Assembly (NCBI GenBank): GCA_026625185.1
Contig: CP113000.1
Location: 2,532,651 to 2,564,650 of the forward strand
Reading direction: 5' to 3'
DNA: 32,000 nucleotides
DNA from: Thermodesulfobacteriota bacterium
Lineage (GTDB): Bacteria > Desulfobacterota > WTBG01 > JAGOGO01
Shown: one piece after another, positions 15,791 to 26,109 of the stretch
How the letters are laid out: every line of letters starts with the position of its first letter
Position numbering within the stretch: the first letter of the stretch is position 1
The notes under the pieces: generated by a model
Database searches by the model: none
What the model was told of the DNA's origin: nothing
What the model saw: the letters and a program-made list of their open reading frames with translations, nothing else
Program-made: the position numbers and the translations under genes

Positions 15791-17044
15791 CTATGCGGAT
15801 TTTATTTCTTTTTCATACATGAGAAGGGGGGATTCCCTCTTTAAGACTACTTCTTCATTAATAATGCATTCCTTAATGTTTGACTGTGAGGGAATATCAA
15901 ACATCAGATCGAGCATGATGTCTTCCATAATAGACCGTAGACCCCGCGCCCCGGTTTTGCGCTTGTTTGCTTGTTGAGAAATTGCCGAGAGCGCTCCCTT
16001 TGTGAAGCGTAGCTTAACATTTTCAAAGGAAAACATGGTCTGATACTGTTTGACTAAAGCGTTCTTGGGCTCAACCAGGATCTGCATCAGGGCTTCCTCA
16101 GAAAGCTCACTTAAGGTGGCGATCACCGGCAGACGGCCGATCAGCTCTGGGATCAGGCCATACTTGAGCAAATCCTCGGGCTGAATCTCGTTTAAAATTT
16201 TTCCGACTTTTCTTTCCTTTTTGCTTACAACATTACCCATAAACCCCATTGAGCTATGGCCTAAACGCTTTTCTATAATATCTTCAACCCCGTTAAACGC
16301 CCCACCGCAGATAAAAAGAATGTTCGTTGTATCAACCTGGAGAAAATCTTGCTGGGGATGTTTTCTACCGCCCTTGGGGGGAACATTTGCAATGGTTCCT
16401 TCAATAATTTTGAGAAGCGCCTGCTGCACGCCTTCCCCGGAAACATCACGGGTGATGGACGGTGAATCCGTTTTCCGGGAAATTTTATCAATCTCATCAA
16501 TGTAAATAATTCCTTTAGTGGTCCGCTCGATATCGTAATCCCCGGCCTGGAGGAGACTGAGAATGATGTTTTCGACATCTTCACCCACGTAGCCCGCTTC
16601 GGTAAGCGTTGTGGCATCAGCAATAGTGAAAGGCACATTGAGGATCTTTGCCAAGGTCTGTGCTAACAGGGTTTTGCCGGTTCCCGTCGGGCCGACCAAA
16701 AGGATATTGCTTTTCTGGAGCTCCACATCACTGACTGACTTTTTGGCCTCGATCCGTTTATAGTGGTTGTGCACCGCGACCGAAAGAATTTTTTTCGCTC
16801 GTTCCTGACCGATCACGTACTCGTCAAGGGTCTTTTTGATTTCTGCTGGTTTGGGTATCGTGGTGCTTTTCCGGGTCGCATCTTCTTTTTCATATTCTTC
16901 AGCGATGATATCATTGCAGAGTTCAATGCACTCATCACAGATATAGACCGAAGGGCCGGCGATCAGTTTTTTTACCTCATCCTGGCTTTTGCCGCAGAAC
17001 GAACAGAAGAGGTTGTTGTATTTATCGGAGCCTTTTTTACTCAC
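15791..17044 (-). CDS. clpX: ATP-dependent Clp protease ATP-binding subunit ClpX
   Basis: 417 aa with an N-terminal zinc finger ([11 protein letters not shown]...[10 protein letters not shown]), Walker A GPTGTGKT and the GYVGEDVEN pore loop. Confidence 0.95.
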   Translation of the reverse strand: MSKKGSDKYNNLFCSFCGKSQDEVKKLIAGPSVYICDECIELCNDIIAEEYEKEDATRKSTTIPKPAEIKKTLDEYVIGQERAKKILSVAVHNHYKRIEAKKSVSDVELQKSNILLVGPTGTGKTLLAQTLAKILNVPFTIADATTLTEAGYVGEDVENIILSLLQAGDYDIERTTKGIIYIDEIDKISRKTDSPSITRDVSGEGVQQALLKIIEGTIANVPPKGGRKHPQQDFLQVDTTNILFICGGAFNGVEDIIEKRLGHSSMGFMGNVVSKKERKVGKILNEIQPEDLLKYGLIPELIGRLPVIATLSELSEEALMQILVEPKNALVKQYQTMFSFENVKLRFTKGALSAISQQANKRKTGARGLRSIMEDIMLDLMFDIPSQSNIKECIINEEVVLKRESPLLMYEKEIKSA

Positions 17045-17672
17045 TACTTTTTTCTCCTTTGTTCAGGATGGATTTGAGGTCCATAACCACGTGGGGATTT
17101 TTCTCGATCACCGCGTCAATGATGCCGTATTTTTTTGCTTCGTCGCCACTCATGAAATAATCCCGCTCGGTATCTTGCTGAATTTTTTCCAAAGGCTGGT
17201 TGGTGTGTCTGGTCAAGATCATGTCCAGTTCCTTCCTCATCCTGAGTATTTCACGGGCATGGATGTCGATATCCGTGGCTTGGCCCTGAATTCCGCCCAA
17301 CAGCTGATGGATTAAGATGCGGGAGTGGGGTAACGCGAAACGCTTACTCGGAGAGCCAGCCGCAAGCAGTAAAGCGCCCATGCTTGCCGCTTGTCCGAGG
17401 CAGATGGTGCACACATTAGGTTTTATATACTGCATGGTATCGTAGATCGCTAACCCTGCGGTCACGATACCTCCGGGAGAATTCAAATAAAGATAAATAT
17501 CTTTATCCGGATCTTCGGACTCCAGAAAAAGCATCTGGGCAATGATTAAGTTAGCGATGGTATCATCGATGGGGGTTCCCAGGAATATAATTCTGTCTTT
17601 TAAAAGTCGTGAATAAATATCATAAGCCCGTTCACCGCGGCTGGTCTGCTCGATCACAATGGGTACCAGCAT
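17037..17672 (-). CDS. clpP: ATP-dependent Clp protease proteolytic subunit ClpP
   Basis: 211 aa with [32 protein letters not shown] and the catalytic context [11 protein letters not shown]. It overlaps the clpX start by 8 nt. Confidence 0.95.
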   Translation of the reverse strand: MLVPIVIEQTSRGERAYDIYSRLLKDRIIFLGTPIDDTIANLIIAQMLFLESEDPDKDIYLYLNSPGGIVTAGLAIYDTMQYIKPNVCTICLGQAASMGALLLAAGSPSKRFALPHSRILIHQLLGGIQGQATDIDIHAREILRMRKELDMILTRHTNQPLEKIQQDTERDYFMSGDEAKKYGIIDAVIEKNPHVVMDLKSILNKGEKSSE

Positions 17673-17692
17673 CAGAAAATAGTCCTCCTTTG

Positions 17693-18982
17693 TTAAGATT
17701 TCTTTCGATCCACTGAAATTAGTTTAGCTTTTTCAGCAAGAAACGCAAGGGTTTTCTCCTCCAAGACTTTGGACTTGATCCGGTCTTTAGCCTCTTGCCC
17801 TGAGTGCTGTTCACTATCTTCCTCCGCGTCAGGAGACATATTTTTAAGATACGCTTTTATCTCCGATGGGTCAACTTCTATTCCTTCTCTTTTTGCTATA
17901 TCGGAAAGAAGGAAAGAACGCTTTACCTGAAATTCAGCGATCGGACGATAGGCTTCTTTAAGTTCCCGGTTCATCATGGGTGAGGAATCCATTTTGATTC
18001 CTTGGTTGGTCATCTGGGAACGCGCGTGATAAATTAAAAATTCAGTCTGTCGTTCAACCAAGGAGGGCGGAACGTCAAAGGGGTTATTTTCCAGAATTTT
18101 TTGGAGAAGATTATTATACATGGTAGAGCGGATGCGCTCTTCTTCCCTCCGAGTGATTTCTGTTTTTAAGTGGTCCTTAAGCACGGCCAGGGTTTCAAAC
18201 TCACCGACGTCACGGGCAAAATTATCATCCAGAGGAGGGGTAATTTTTTCTTTTATTTCTTTTATTGTTACATCAAACGTTATAGTTTTTCCAGCAAACT
18301 CCTTTTGTCCAAAATCTTCGGGAGTGGTAACAACAATTTCCCGGTTAGCTCCTGATCTTAACCCGATTAATTGGTTAGTAAATCCAGGGAGAAAGCTTTC
18401 GGGGGTGATTTCAATCAACCGATCCAGGACTTTCCCGCCTTTCAGAGGTTCTTTCTCAATGGTTCCGGCATAGTCAATGACCACGAAATCTCCGGAACGA
18501 ATAGAACGATCTTCCTCAACCGTTTTTAGTTGAGCGTGATAGGCGCGTATTTGCTCCAAATATTGGTTGACATCCTCTTCAGTGACCTCTAATTTTTCTT
18601 GCTCGGCTTCAATCCCTAGATAATCCCCCTTTAAATCAAGGGCAGGGGCAACCTCAACGCGGGCCGTGTACGTAAAATCTTTTTCCGGCGCGAACTTAGG
18701 GGTATCGATGATGGGAGGAGAAACAGGCAGGATGTTTGTTTCTTTAATAGCAGTTTCATAAGAGTCGCTGACGAGTTTGCTGATGACTTCGCCTTCGACC
18801 TGCTTTTTGTAAATCCTTTCCAAAACCGCGCGCGGGACCTTCCCAGGACGAAACCCTTTAATTTTTGCTGTTTTTCTCAAGTCAAAATAAAATTTCTCAA
18901 TCTCATTGCCGATACTATCCGCGGAGATTGTCACTTCGAGTTGCTTTACTACCGGGCTAATATCTTTCACTTCTTCTTTCAA
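17693..18982 (-). CDS. tig: Trigger factor
   Basis: 429 aa with the ribosome-binding signature GFRPGKVP near the N-terminus. It sits in the conserved position upstream of clpP-clpX-lon. Confidence 0.9.
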   Translation of the reverse strand: MKEEVKDISPVVKQLEVTISADSIGNEIEKFYFDLRKTAKIKGFRPGKVPRAVLERIYKKQVEGEVISKLVSDSYETAIKETNILPVSPPIIDTPKFAPEKDFTYTARVEVAPALDLKGDYLGIEAEQEKLEVTEEDVNQYLEQIRAYHAQLKTVEEDRSIRSGDFVVIDYAGTIEKEPLKGGKVLDRLIEITPESFLPGFTNQLIGLRSGANREIVVTTPEDFGQKEFAGKTITFDVTIKEIKEKITPPLDDNFARDVGEFETLAVLKDHLKTEITRREEERIRSTMYNNLLQKILENNPFDVPPSLVERQTEFLIYHARSQMTNQGIKMDSSPMMNRELKEAYRPIAEFQVKRSFLLSDIAKREGIEVDPSEIKAYLKNMSPDAEEDSEQHSGQEAKDRIKSKVLEEKTLAFLAEKAKLISVDRKKS

Positions 18983-19027
18983 GTCGCTGGTTTCCTTATT
19001 AAAATATTAACATTACAACCACTTCCA

Positions 19028-19112
19028 TGCGAGAGGGGGGAGTTGAACCCCCATCCCGTTTTGCGGGGCTGGATCCTAAGTCCAGTGCGTCTGCCAATTC
19101 CGCCACTCTCGC
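19028..19112 (-). tRNA. tRNA-Leu (anticodon TAG)
   Basis: The reverse complement GCGAGAGTGGCGGAATTGGCAGACGCACTGGACTTAGGATCCAGCCCCGCAAAACGGGATGGGGGTTCAACTCCCCCCTCTCGCA has acceptor GCGAGAG/CTCTCGC, anticodon stem CTGGA/TCCAG, loop CTTAGGA and a long variable arm. Confidence 0.9.
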
Positions 19113-19128
19113 AAGGATTCTCTGTTCA

Positions 19129-19170
19129 TGGGCTGTCGGGTGATCGAACCCCAAGCCTACTCATTAAGAG
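19129..19170 (-). repeat. Orphan 3' half of tRNA-Lys (3' end to anticodon loop); att-like direct repeat of 30108-30149
   Basis: By eye, 39 of 42 nt match the 3' part of the intact tRNA-Lys(CTT) in the same orientation. Similarity stops at the 5' edge of the anticodon loop (CTCTTAA). No 5' half is present. It lies 16 nt from tRNA-Leu. Confidence 0.8.
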
Positions 19171-19570
19171 ATGATATACAGTAATTAATGATTTCAATAA
19201 CTTATCAAAACAATTTGCGAATTTGTAATGATAATTTAACTATTATACCCTATTTTGTCAAATAACAGTGGGAAAATAGGGGGAAAGTTTTCCTTTGTCA
19301 AGTTTAAAAAAAAATTACTTTTTGAAAAAATCACCCATTGATAAAAACCGACCCGTGAGGGATTCCGCTCAGGCGTATAGGTTAATAAGGGAAAAATTTT
19401 GTAAACTAATTGGGTTCTGTGTCAGGGAGGTTAAAAAATAAAAACCCCATATAACCATGGAATATTCCAGGGAAGAGAGTGAGGTGAGAGAAATAAAAAC
19501 ATGGCAGAAGCCTCTCCGGTTTATTCTCCTGAAAATCAAATTTGAAAAAAACGGCTAACCCCTATTTCAT

Positions 19571-20365
19571 TCACTGTAAGCCTTTTAAGGCTTCTTGAAC
19601 GGAAATGCCTCGATGAACAATTTTGCTGATTGCCTCAACAATTTTTGTTGGCCTGGAGTGCTGAAAAACATTTCGTCCAATGGAAACACCCGCACCTCCT
19701 GCATCCATACAACCTTTTACCATTTTCAACACATCTTCATCAGTATCCATCTTCTCTCCACCCGCAATCACCACCGGAACAAAACAACCCTCGACAACCT
19801 TACGAAATGTTTCCGGCGATCCCGTGTAAGGAACTTTGACAATATCTGCGCCCAATTCAGCCCCAACCCGGGCAGCATGTTTTACTAGTTCCGGATCATA
19901 TTGGTTCTTGATTTTCGGGCCACGGGTGTAAATCATTGCTAAAAGGGGAAAACCCCATTTCCTTGCTTCACGAGATACCTCCCCCAAATCACTGAGCATA
20001 ATTTTCTCATCCTCAGCTCCGATATTTACATGAATCGAAACCGCGTCTGCTCCTATTTCAATCGCTTCTTCTATGGTGCAGATTAATGTTTTGGAATTCG
20101 GATCCGGAGCTAAAGAAGTGCTGGCCGACATATGAATTATAAGCCCTAAATCTTTTCCCCCTCCACGGTGACCGGTTTCCACCAAACCTTTGTGGATTAC
20201 AATCGCATTTGCTCCCCCTTCAGCTACAGCGTTGACCGTAGATTTCCAATCGACGAGTCCCTCCACCGGACCGATGCTGATTCCATGGTCCATGGGTATT
20301 ATTACCGTTTTTCCTGAATTTCGATCAATGATGCGTTCTAAGCGGATTTGTTTCCCGATTTTCAC
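19571..20365 (-). CDS. DhnA-type class I aldolase (ADH synthase AroA'/FbaB family)
   Basis: [31 protein letters not shown]...[12 protein letters not shown]...[12 protein letters not shown]...[11 protein letters not shown] (Schiff-base Lys context)...[12 protein letters not shown] prefer the GTG at 20365, which follows AGGAGG by 5 nt. The track ORF starts at the ATG at 20449, adding 28 unconserved residues. Confidence 0.8.
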   Translation of the reverse strand: MKIGKQIRLERIIDRNSGKTVIIPMDHGISIGPVEGLVDWKSTVNAVAEGGANAIVIHKGLVETGHRGGGKDLGLIIHMSASTSLAPDPNSKTLICTIEEAIEIGADAVSIHVNIGAEDEKIMLSDLGEVSREARKWGFPLLAMIYTRGPKIKNQYDPELVKHAARVGAELGADIVKVPYTGSPETFRKVVEGCFVPVVIAGGEKMDTDEDVLKMVKGCMDAGGAGVSIGRNVFQHSRPTKIVEAISKIVHRGISVQEALKGLQ

Positions 20366-20840
20366 CTTTTCCTCCTTTAAAAATGAATCAATAAATTCTC
20401 TGGTATTCAAAAATCGCCAGGTTTTTTGTAACGATGATTCAACTTGCAATTTTTAAAAAAAACTTAATCAAATCTGATTAGTTTAACTTTTCGCCCCCCA
20501 ATTGGGAAACAAAGGTGATCGCATAATAACATAAGTTATTTTTATACGCAAATGGCATAATTTTAACTCTAAATGTGGTATATGTTTTGGGTGCCGGTCA
20601 ACCTAAGGCCACGTCCATTTAAACTGCATCGAAGGATTTTGGAGTTATACCAAACATTGGCTTTATCCCTCACGGGGAGAGCCGATAAAAACTTTTCATC
20701 TTTTTCTTGGAGAAATTTAGTTCGTTTTAAACACAGAAACAGAGATTTTCCCCTTGACTTACAAATTATTAAGAAGTACTGGCTATAACAAATAAAACAA
20801 ACTTTGGTCCGGAATCATTAACCATTACCTAAAATAAAAG

Positions 20841-21668
20841 ATGACCGATTATTTTGCCGGAATCGACATCGGCTCCACCATGACCAAGGTTGTGGTCATG
20901 GATGCGGGGATCATCTCCTCGGTTATTGAGCCTACTGGCCCGGAACAGCGGAGATTGGCCCACCGGGTCATGGAAACTGCACTCCGTCAGGCTCAACTTC
21001 CTTTTGAGTCCATCACCTACCTCGTCGCCACCGGCTACGGCCGGATTAATGTCTCCTTTGCGGATAAACAACTCACCGAAATAAGTTGTCATGCCCGGGG
21101 AGTGACGCACCTTTATCCCCAGACACATACCCTCATTGATGTTGGAGGACAAGACAGCAAAGCAATCAAAATAACTGACGGCAAACCCTTTGACTTTGTT
21201 ATGAATGACAAGTGTGCGGCTGGTTGCGGAAGATTTTTAGAGGTGATCGCGGATTCCCTGGGAATCACCCTGGAAAAGATGGATAACCTATCATTGCAGA
21301 GTTTCAACCCGGCTCACGTGAGTAACCTCTGTACCGTGTTTGCGGAACAGGAGGTTGCAACGAAACTCTCGGAAGGAATACCCATTCCTGATTTGGCCGC
21401 TGGTATCCTGATATCTTTAGCTGACCGGATCGCAGCCATGGCAAAAAAAATTAAACCAACCAGGGAGGTTGTCATGACCGGCGGCGGGGCAAAAATAAAA
21501 GGCTTGGTAAACGCGCTTTCCAAAGCTCTTGGTTACCCATTACTGATCCCCTCGGAACCGTTGCTGACCGGCGCCCTAGGAGCGGCTTTGCTGGGGAAAG
21601 ATATGGTTGAGAAGGCTTTCAAGACCGGTGAGCATTTGGGGCTGGAGAAGCGTTGTTTAAAAAAATAA
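20841..21668 (+). CDS. HgdC/BcrAD/BadFG-family [4Fe-4S] ATPase (radical-enzyme activase), canonical paralog
   Basis: ASKHA motifs are present: GIDIGSTMTKVVV, DVGGQDSKAI and MTGGGAKIKG. The cluster-bridging Cys contexts NDKCAAGCGRFLE and NLCTVFAEQE are also present. Its 3' end overlaps the convergent Fe-S gene by 12 nt. Confidence 0.85.
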   Translation: MTDYFAGIDIGSTMTKVVVMDAGIISSVIEPTGPEQRRLAHRVMETALRQAQLPFESITYLVATGYGRINVSFADKQLTEISCHARGVTHLYPQTHTLIDVGGQDSKAIKITDGKPFDFVMNDKCAAGCGRFLEVIADSLGITLEKMDNLSLQSFNPAHVSNLCTVFAEQEVATKLSEGIPIPDLAAGILISLADRIAAMAKKIKPTREVVMTGGGAKIKGLVNALSKALGYPLLIPSEPLLTGALGAALLGKDMVEKAFKTGEHLGLEKRCLKK

Positions 21669-23033
21669 AGGTTGCTTAACGTTACCCCGCGTTTCTCTTC
21701 CAAGAAGCTGTGCAATATGCATAACTTTAATAGGTAACTGATGACGACGCACTCCATCCATAAGCTGGATGAGGCAGCCCGGACACGAAGTAACGACCAC
21801 TTGAGCATTGGTTTTTTTAATGGCCTCTATTTTTTTTGCCTGAATGGCAAGGCTGATTTCCCGGTGCTTTATTCCAAAGGACCCTCCTAGACCGCAACAG
21901 GTGTCTGCTCCTTTCATCTCAATAAACGTTACTCCTTCGAGGGCATGTAAAATCTTTCGGGGAGCATCGTGGATCCCCTGGTGCCAACGCAGATGGCAGG
22001 GGTCATGGTACGTTACCCGAAGCGGAAAGGCAGTGATTTGGCGAGGATTGAAACCCGGTCTAACCAGAAACTCGGAGAAATCATAAATCTTTTGGGAAAG
22101 TTCCCGGGCTTTTTCCCGGATGGGATCTTTCGGGGAAAATAAGTCGCCGTATCTTTTGAGTGCCGCGCTGCAGGTAGCGCACCCGGTAACAATAGCAGCA
22201 AAGGAAGATAATACATCAATATTCTTTCGGGCCATAAGGGTTGCTGTTTCCAAATCCCCTGCACTTTGGACTGCCAGCCCGCAACAGGTTTGTCCGAAAG
22301 GATTAACCACCTCAAAACCAGCCTCGGCCAAAGCAAAGACCATGTCTTTACCGCTATCGGCAAAAAAGAACTCCAACCCGCAACCCGGGAAAAAGGCTAC
22401 TTCACCACGCCTCTGAATACCAAAAAGAGGAAGCGTGCGCAGGGGAATGCGCTGGGAAAGAAAAGGCGAGGAGAGACGGGGGAGCGCCAGCCCCCTGGAA
22501 AAGATTGAGGCAAAGTCAGCCAAATGGCGAAGAGGTTTTCCTTCGTTGATCGAACACCCGGGAATTTTTGTGGCTAACCCCAGAAGTCTGGCTACCAGTG
22601 AGCGGTGTTTCAGGATTCCTCGGTAGACAAGTTGCTCAGTCCAGTTAAGACCTTTCTGAGTTACCAGCCGGGCCCGCGCCTGCACGGCAAGTGTTGCGGA
22701 TGATATTCTGGCCGGGCAGGTAGCCTCACATCGGCCACATAAAATGCAGAAGGAAAGGACATCCCGGTAGGTGCCTTCAGTGTTAATTTCCCCTTTGTTT
22801 GCCCACTGAATGAGCAGGTTCCTCCCCCGGGCAACATGACTTTCCATATGGTCAACACCATATACCGGGCAGGAAGACATGCAGAAGCCGCATTTCATGC
22901 AGCGGGAAGCGTCATCAACGGAAGTTAGGTAATCCATATTTTTCTGAATTTCTGTAACCCGTTGCCCGGAGCGAAGCGTGTTGAAAGCTCTTGAGTACCC
23001 ATTATGGTGAGCAGTAAGGAGCAAATGTTCCAC
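21657..23033 (-). CDS. (Fe-S) oxidoreductase, GlcF/GlpC/LutA-like (2x[4Fe-4S] ferredoxin motif plus two CCG domains)
   Basis: The ferredoxin motifs are CMKCGFCMSSCP and CILCGRCEATCP. The two Cys-rich CCG-type modules are FFPGC...QTCCG and YHDPCH...DTCCGLGG...SCPGC. It lies directly downstream of the glcD-like gene. Confidence 0.8.
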   Translation of the reverse strand: MEHLLLTAHHNGYSRAFNTLRSGQRVTEIQKNMDYLTSVDDASRCMKCGFCMSSCPVYGVDHMESHVARGRNLLIQWANKGEINTEGTYRDVLSFCILCGRCEATCPARISSATLAVQARARLVTQKGLNWTEQLVYRGILKHRSLVARLLGLATKIPGCSINEGKPLRHLADFASIFSRGLALPRLSSPFLSQRIPLRTLPLFGIQRRGEVAFFPGCGLEFFFADSGKDMVFALAEAGFEVVNPFGQTCCGLAVQSAGDLETATLMARKNIDVLSSFAAIVTGCATCSAALKRYGDLFSPKDPIREKARELSQKIYDFSEFLVRPGFNPRQITAFPLRVTYHDPCHLRWHQGIHDAPRKILHALEGVTFIEMKGADTCCGLGGSFGIKHREISLAIQAKKIEAIKKTNAQVVVTSCPGCLIQLMDGVRRHQLPIKVMHIAQLLGRETRGNVKQPLFF

Positions 23034-23099
23034 CCATAGGAACCTCAGATGGGTTACTGCAAAGGCTGTGAATTGCGGGGCAAAAGGTTTTCACAATTA

Positions 23100-24479
23100 C
23101 TACCAAATCTTTCCGGGGTTAAGAATTCCCTTGGGGTCAAAAACTTTTTTTATTTCTTTCAAAAGTTCGATGGCTTCGGCCGGCAAAGCCTGTTTCAGAA
23201 ATCTCTTTTTTTCCAAACCAATTCCATGTTCTCCGGAAAGGACTCCACCGAGATCTAAAGCCGCAGCAAATATATCGTCCAGGGCTTTCTCCGCCCGGGC
23301 ATAGTGGGCGGGATCTTTTCGATTCGTTAAAATAGCGGGATGGAGGTTCCCGTCTCCCGCATGACCAATAATGACAATAGTTAGATTGTAAGTCCGGGCA
23401 CATCTTCTGATTCTGCCGATCAATTCGGGGATCCGGTTTATAGGTACGGTAACATCTTCGGCCAACACTGTGGGAGCGTTGCCGAAAATAGCGGAAAACC
23501 CTGCCCGGCGTGCAGTCCAGAAATTTTCTGCTTCATTGGCATCACGAGCGGGCCTGACGTCAATTGCCCCGGTTTTTTTACAACAATCAACAACCCCTTC
23601 CGTTTCTTTTTTCACTGCTTCGGACATCCCATCGAGTTCAAAAAGAAGAATTGCTTCTGCTGTTAGCGGAAGCCCCAAGGGGGTTACTTCTTCGATTCGT
23701 TGGATTAACCAGTTATCCATAAGCTCGATCTTGGCCGGCATAATTCCCGAAGCAAAAATCCGTTGGACAGTTTCTCCTGCAGTCACGACATTATCAAAGA
23801 CGGCAAGTACGGTCTGGTGTGCCTGGGGAAGGGGTAAGAGCCTCAGGGTAACCTGGGTTATAACCGCTAACGTTCCCTCGGAACCGCAGATGAGTTGAGG
23901 GAGATCATACCCGGTTACGTTCTTCATGGTCTTTCCACCCAGATCAATGATAGTACCAGAAGGAAGGACGGTCCGCATTCCCAGAAGGTAATGTTTAAAA
24001 ACCCCGTATTTAACCGCATAAGGACCGCCGGCGTTTTCCGAAACGCAGCCCCCAAGGGTAGCGGCCAAGAAACTTTGCGGGTCAGGAGGGAAAAAAAGCC
24101 GATGCTTGACGAGTTCCTGGTTTAGGTCATGGAGTACCACCCCCACCTCAGCGGTTGCGCTAAAATTAGCCGCATTAATTGCAATGATCCTGTTCATACG
24201 GGTGGTGCAGAGAACAATACCCCCGAGGACTGGAATCGAACCTCCACTGACATTGGTGCCTGCACCACGCACGGTAACCGGGATAACGTCCTGAGTGGCA
24301 AGTTTCATAATCTCTGAAACCTGGTCAGTGGTGGTCGGAAAAACGACGACCTCCGGCTTTGCCTCCCAATTGGTGGTACCGTCATACGAATAGGTGAGTA
24401 AGTCCACGGGGGAGGTAAGCACACCTTTCTCCCCCGCGATTTTTCGAAGCCTTTCAGTAGTGCCTTTGGGAAGCCCCAT
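23100..24479 (-). CDS. FAD-linked oxidase, GlcD / D-lactate (D-2-hydroxyacid) dehydrogenase-like
   Basis: 459 aa with an FAD_binding_4 pattern (VVVFPTTTDQVSEIMKLA...PVTVRGAGTNVSGGSIP) and a C-terminal FAD-oxidase_C pattern (GHAGDGNLHP...GVLSGEHGIGLEKK...DPKGILNPGK). Confidence 0.85.
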   Translation of the reverse strand: MGLPKGTTERLRKIAGEKGVLTSPVDLLTYSYDGTTNWEAKPEVVVFPTTTDQVSEIMKLATQDVIPVTVRGAGTNVSGGSIPVLGGIVLCTTRMNRIIAINAANFSATAEVGVVLHDLNQELVKHRLFFPPDPQSFLAATLGGCVSENAGGPYAVKYGVFKHYLLGMRTVLPSGTIIDLGGKTMKNVTGYDLPQLICGSEGTLAVITQVTLRLLPLPQAHQTVLAVFDNVVTAGETVQRIFASGIMPAKIELMDNWLIQRIEEVTPLGLPLTAEAILLFELDGMSEAVKKETEGVVDCCKKTGAIDVRPARDANEAENFWTARRAGFSAIFGNAPTVLAEDVTVPINRIPELIGRIRRCARTYNLTIVIIGHAGDGNLHPAILTNRKDPAHYARAEKALDDIFAAALDLGGVLSGEHGIGLEKKRFLKQALPAEAIELLKEIKKVFDPKGILNPGKIW

Positions 24480-24888
24480 AATTTCTCTTTTTTTTGTTGG
24501 TTTGCTGTTCCTGCGGTTTCTTCATATAATAAAATCATATCTGAATTCGGGCGATTCTGCAATGCCTTCTGATTAACGCACCCAAACCATTGAAGCCATC
24601 AGAGAGAATGAAGGTGATTTCTCAGTTTTTTTAATATGATAGATAGGATGACAATATTCATTAATTCAAGGCAACGTTAAAAACACACCCCAGTTTACCA
24701 GAGACGGGTTGTCAAAAGATTTTGCAGAGGCTAAACTTAACTTTTCGTGATGGTGCTTAAGTGCTTTACCTTCCGACAAGTAACCTATTAGAATTATGAA
24801 CAAATTACTTTTTCTGGTTCAACGGTGAGGAGGTTTTTTTCTCTCTTCGCCTTGGTAAATTTTTGAAAATATCGAAATCGTTATTTCC

Positions 24889-24917
24889 TTGACAAAAAAG
24901 TAATTATTTGATATAAA
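24889..24917 (+). promoter_or_regulatory. Near-consensus sigma-70 promoter for the MBL-activase-dehydratase operon
   Basis: TTGACA (24889-24894), a 17-nt spacer, then TATAAA (24912-24917). Confidence 0.6.
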
Positions 24918-25076
24918 AATTATTTTTTTATGGCAAAAATCATTATTTTAAGTATTCGAAGGGATTTTTGCAAGAACATAAGCTTTAGAACCAATATGAT
25001 TTTGATTCGCAGGGAAATTTGCCGGCATAAAAACCTCTCGAACGTCAGGTGCAAAACAAACAAGGAGAAAAAAACA

Positions 25077-26006
25077 TTGAACGAAAAAACATTCAAGCCA
25101 ATTAAAGCTACCCAAACCTTTTACCAGCTGGGCACCTCTTCCTTTCCAGCCTATTTATCCCTGGGCGAAAAAGGGATGATCATTGAAGGAGGTACCGGCG
25201 CAACCTTCAAAATCATAGTAAACCAAATCGAAGAGTTGGGTATTGACCCGAACCGGATTCAATTTATTGTTTTAACGCATACCCACGCCGACCATATCGG
25301 TGCAGTCCCCCGTTTAAAAAGTATCTGGCCCCATGTAAAAGTTTTAGCAAGCCCGGTAGCAGCCAAGACCGTGAGTAAAAAAGAGATGTATGAAGACTTC
25401 CTTTGCACCGACCAAGCTATTGCGGAGATCCTGAAAGGCAAAGGAGATATCGCTACATTACCACCGACACTGCAAGATTATTCTTTTGCCGTTGACCAGG
25501 TCCTTAAAGATGGTGATACGATAGATTTGGGTGCTGGGATTTCCTGGACCGTTTACCATGCCCCCGGACATTCCCCCTGCCACATTGCCTTGTTTGAAGC
25601 AAAAGAAGGAACCCTCGATATTGGTGATTCGACCGGTTTTTATGTTCCAGAAAAAGACGTTTTTTGGCCAAATTACTTTGAGTCACTGGAAAAATACTGC
25701 GATAGTATCCGCAAACTTTCTTCGATTCCTGCTCAAAGGATTGTTTTGAGTCATAACTGCGTGATCGAGGGGGGAGTTAAAAAGCATTTTGAAAAGGCGC
25801 TCAAGGCAACCCAACACTACCATCAGGACCTCATCAGAAGAGTAGAAGCTGGCGAAGATTCAGAAGCAATCGCTTTAGAAAAAGCTCAGTGGGTAAGCAG
25901 CCTCACCGATATCCTCCCTTTTGAGGCAATAGTTAGTCTGGCCAAACTCCTGATAAAACGTTCCCAACAAGAAGTTGAAAAACCAAAGTTGTTTATCTTC
26001 GAATAG
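25077..26006 (+). CDS. MBL-fold metallo-hydrolase
   Basis: The metal motif LTHTHADHIG is followed by HAPGHSP and downstream D/H ligand positions (DSTG, SHN). I prefer the TTG at 25077, which follows AAGGAGA by 8 nt. The track ORF begins at the ATG at 24930, but its first 49 aa are basic, low-complexity and AT-driven. Confidence 0.75.
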   Translation: MNEKTFKPIKATQTFYQLGTSSFPAYLSLGEKGMIIEGGTGATFKIIVNQIEELGIDPNRIQFIVLTHTHADHIGAVPRLKSIWPHVKVLASPVAAKTVSKKEMYEDFLCTDQAIAEILKGKGDIATLPPTLQDYSFAVDQVLKDGDTIDLGAGISWTVYHAPGHSPCHIALFEAKEGTLDIGDSTGFYVPEKDVFWPNYFESLEKYCDSIRKLSSIPAQRIVLSHNCVIEGGVKKHFEKALKATQHYHQDLIRRVEAGEDSEAIALEKAQWVSSLTDILPFEAIVSLAKLLIKRSQQEVEKPKLFIFE

Positions 26007-26109
26007 GCAGATCCGGTTCAGGTTCTTTGAACTGATCGAACGGTGTCACTCCCTTCCCGTTCAGGAAATGTCCCGTTAGCTTTAACCCCAAAGCAAGATT
26101 TAAAAAAAA

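Noticed and set aside
21844-22861. Multiple 63-116-aa ORFs on both strands within the GlcF-like gene
   Set aside because: They are nested in or antisense to a CDS with complete ferredoxin and CCG motifs, and none has motifs of its own.
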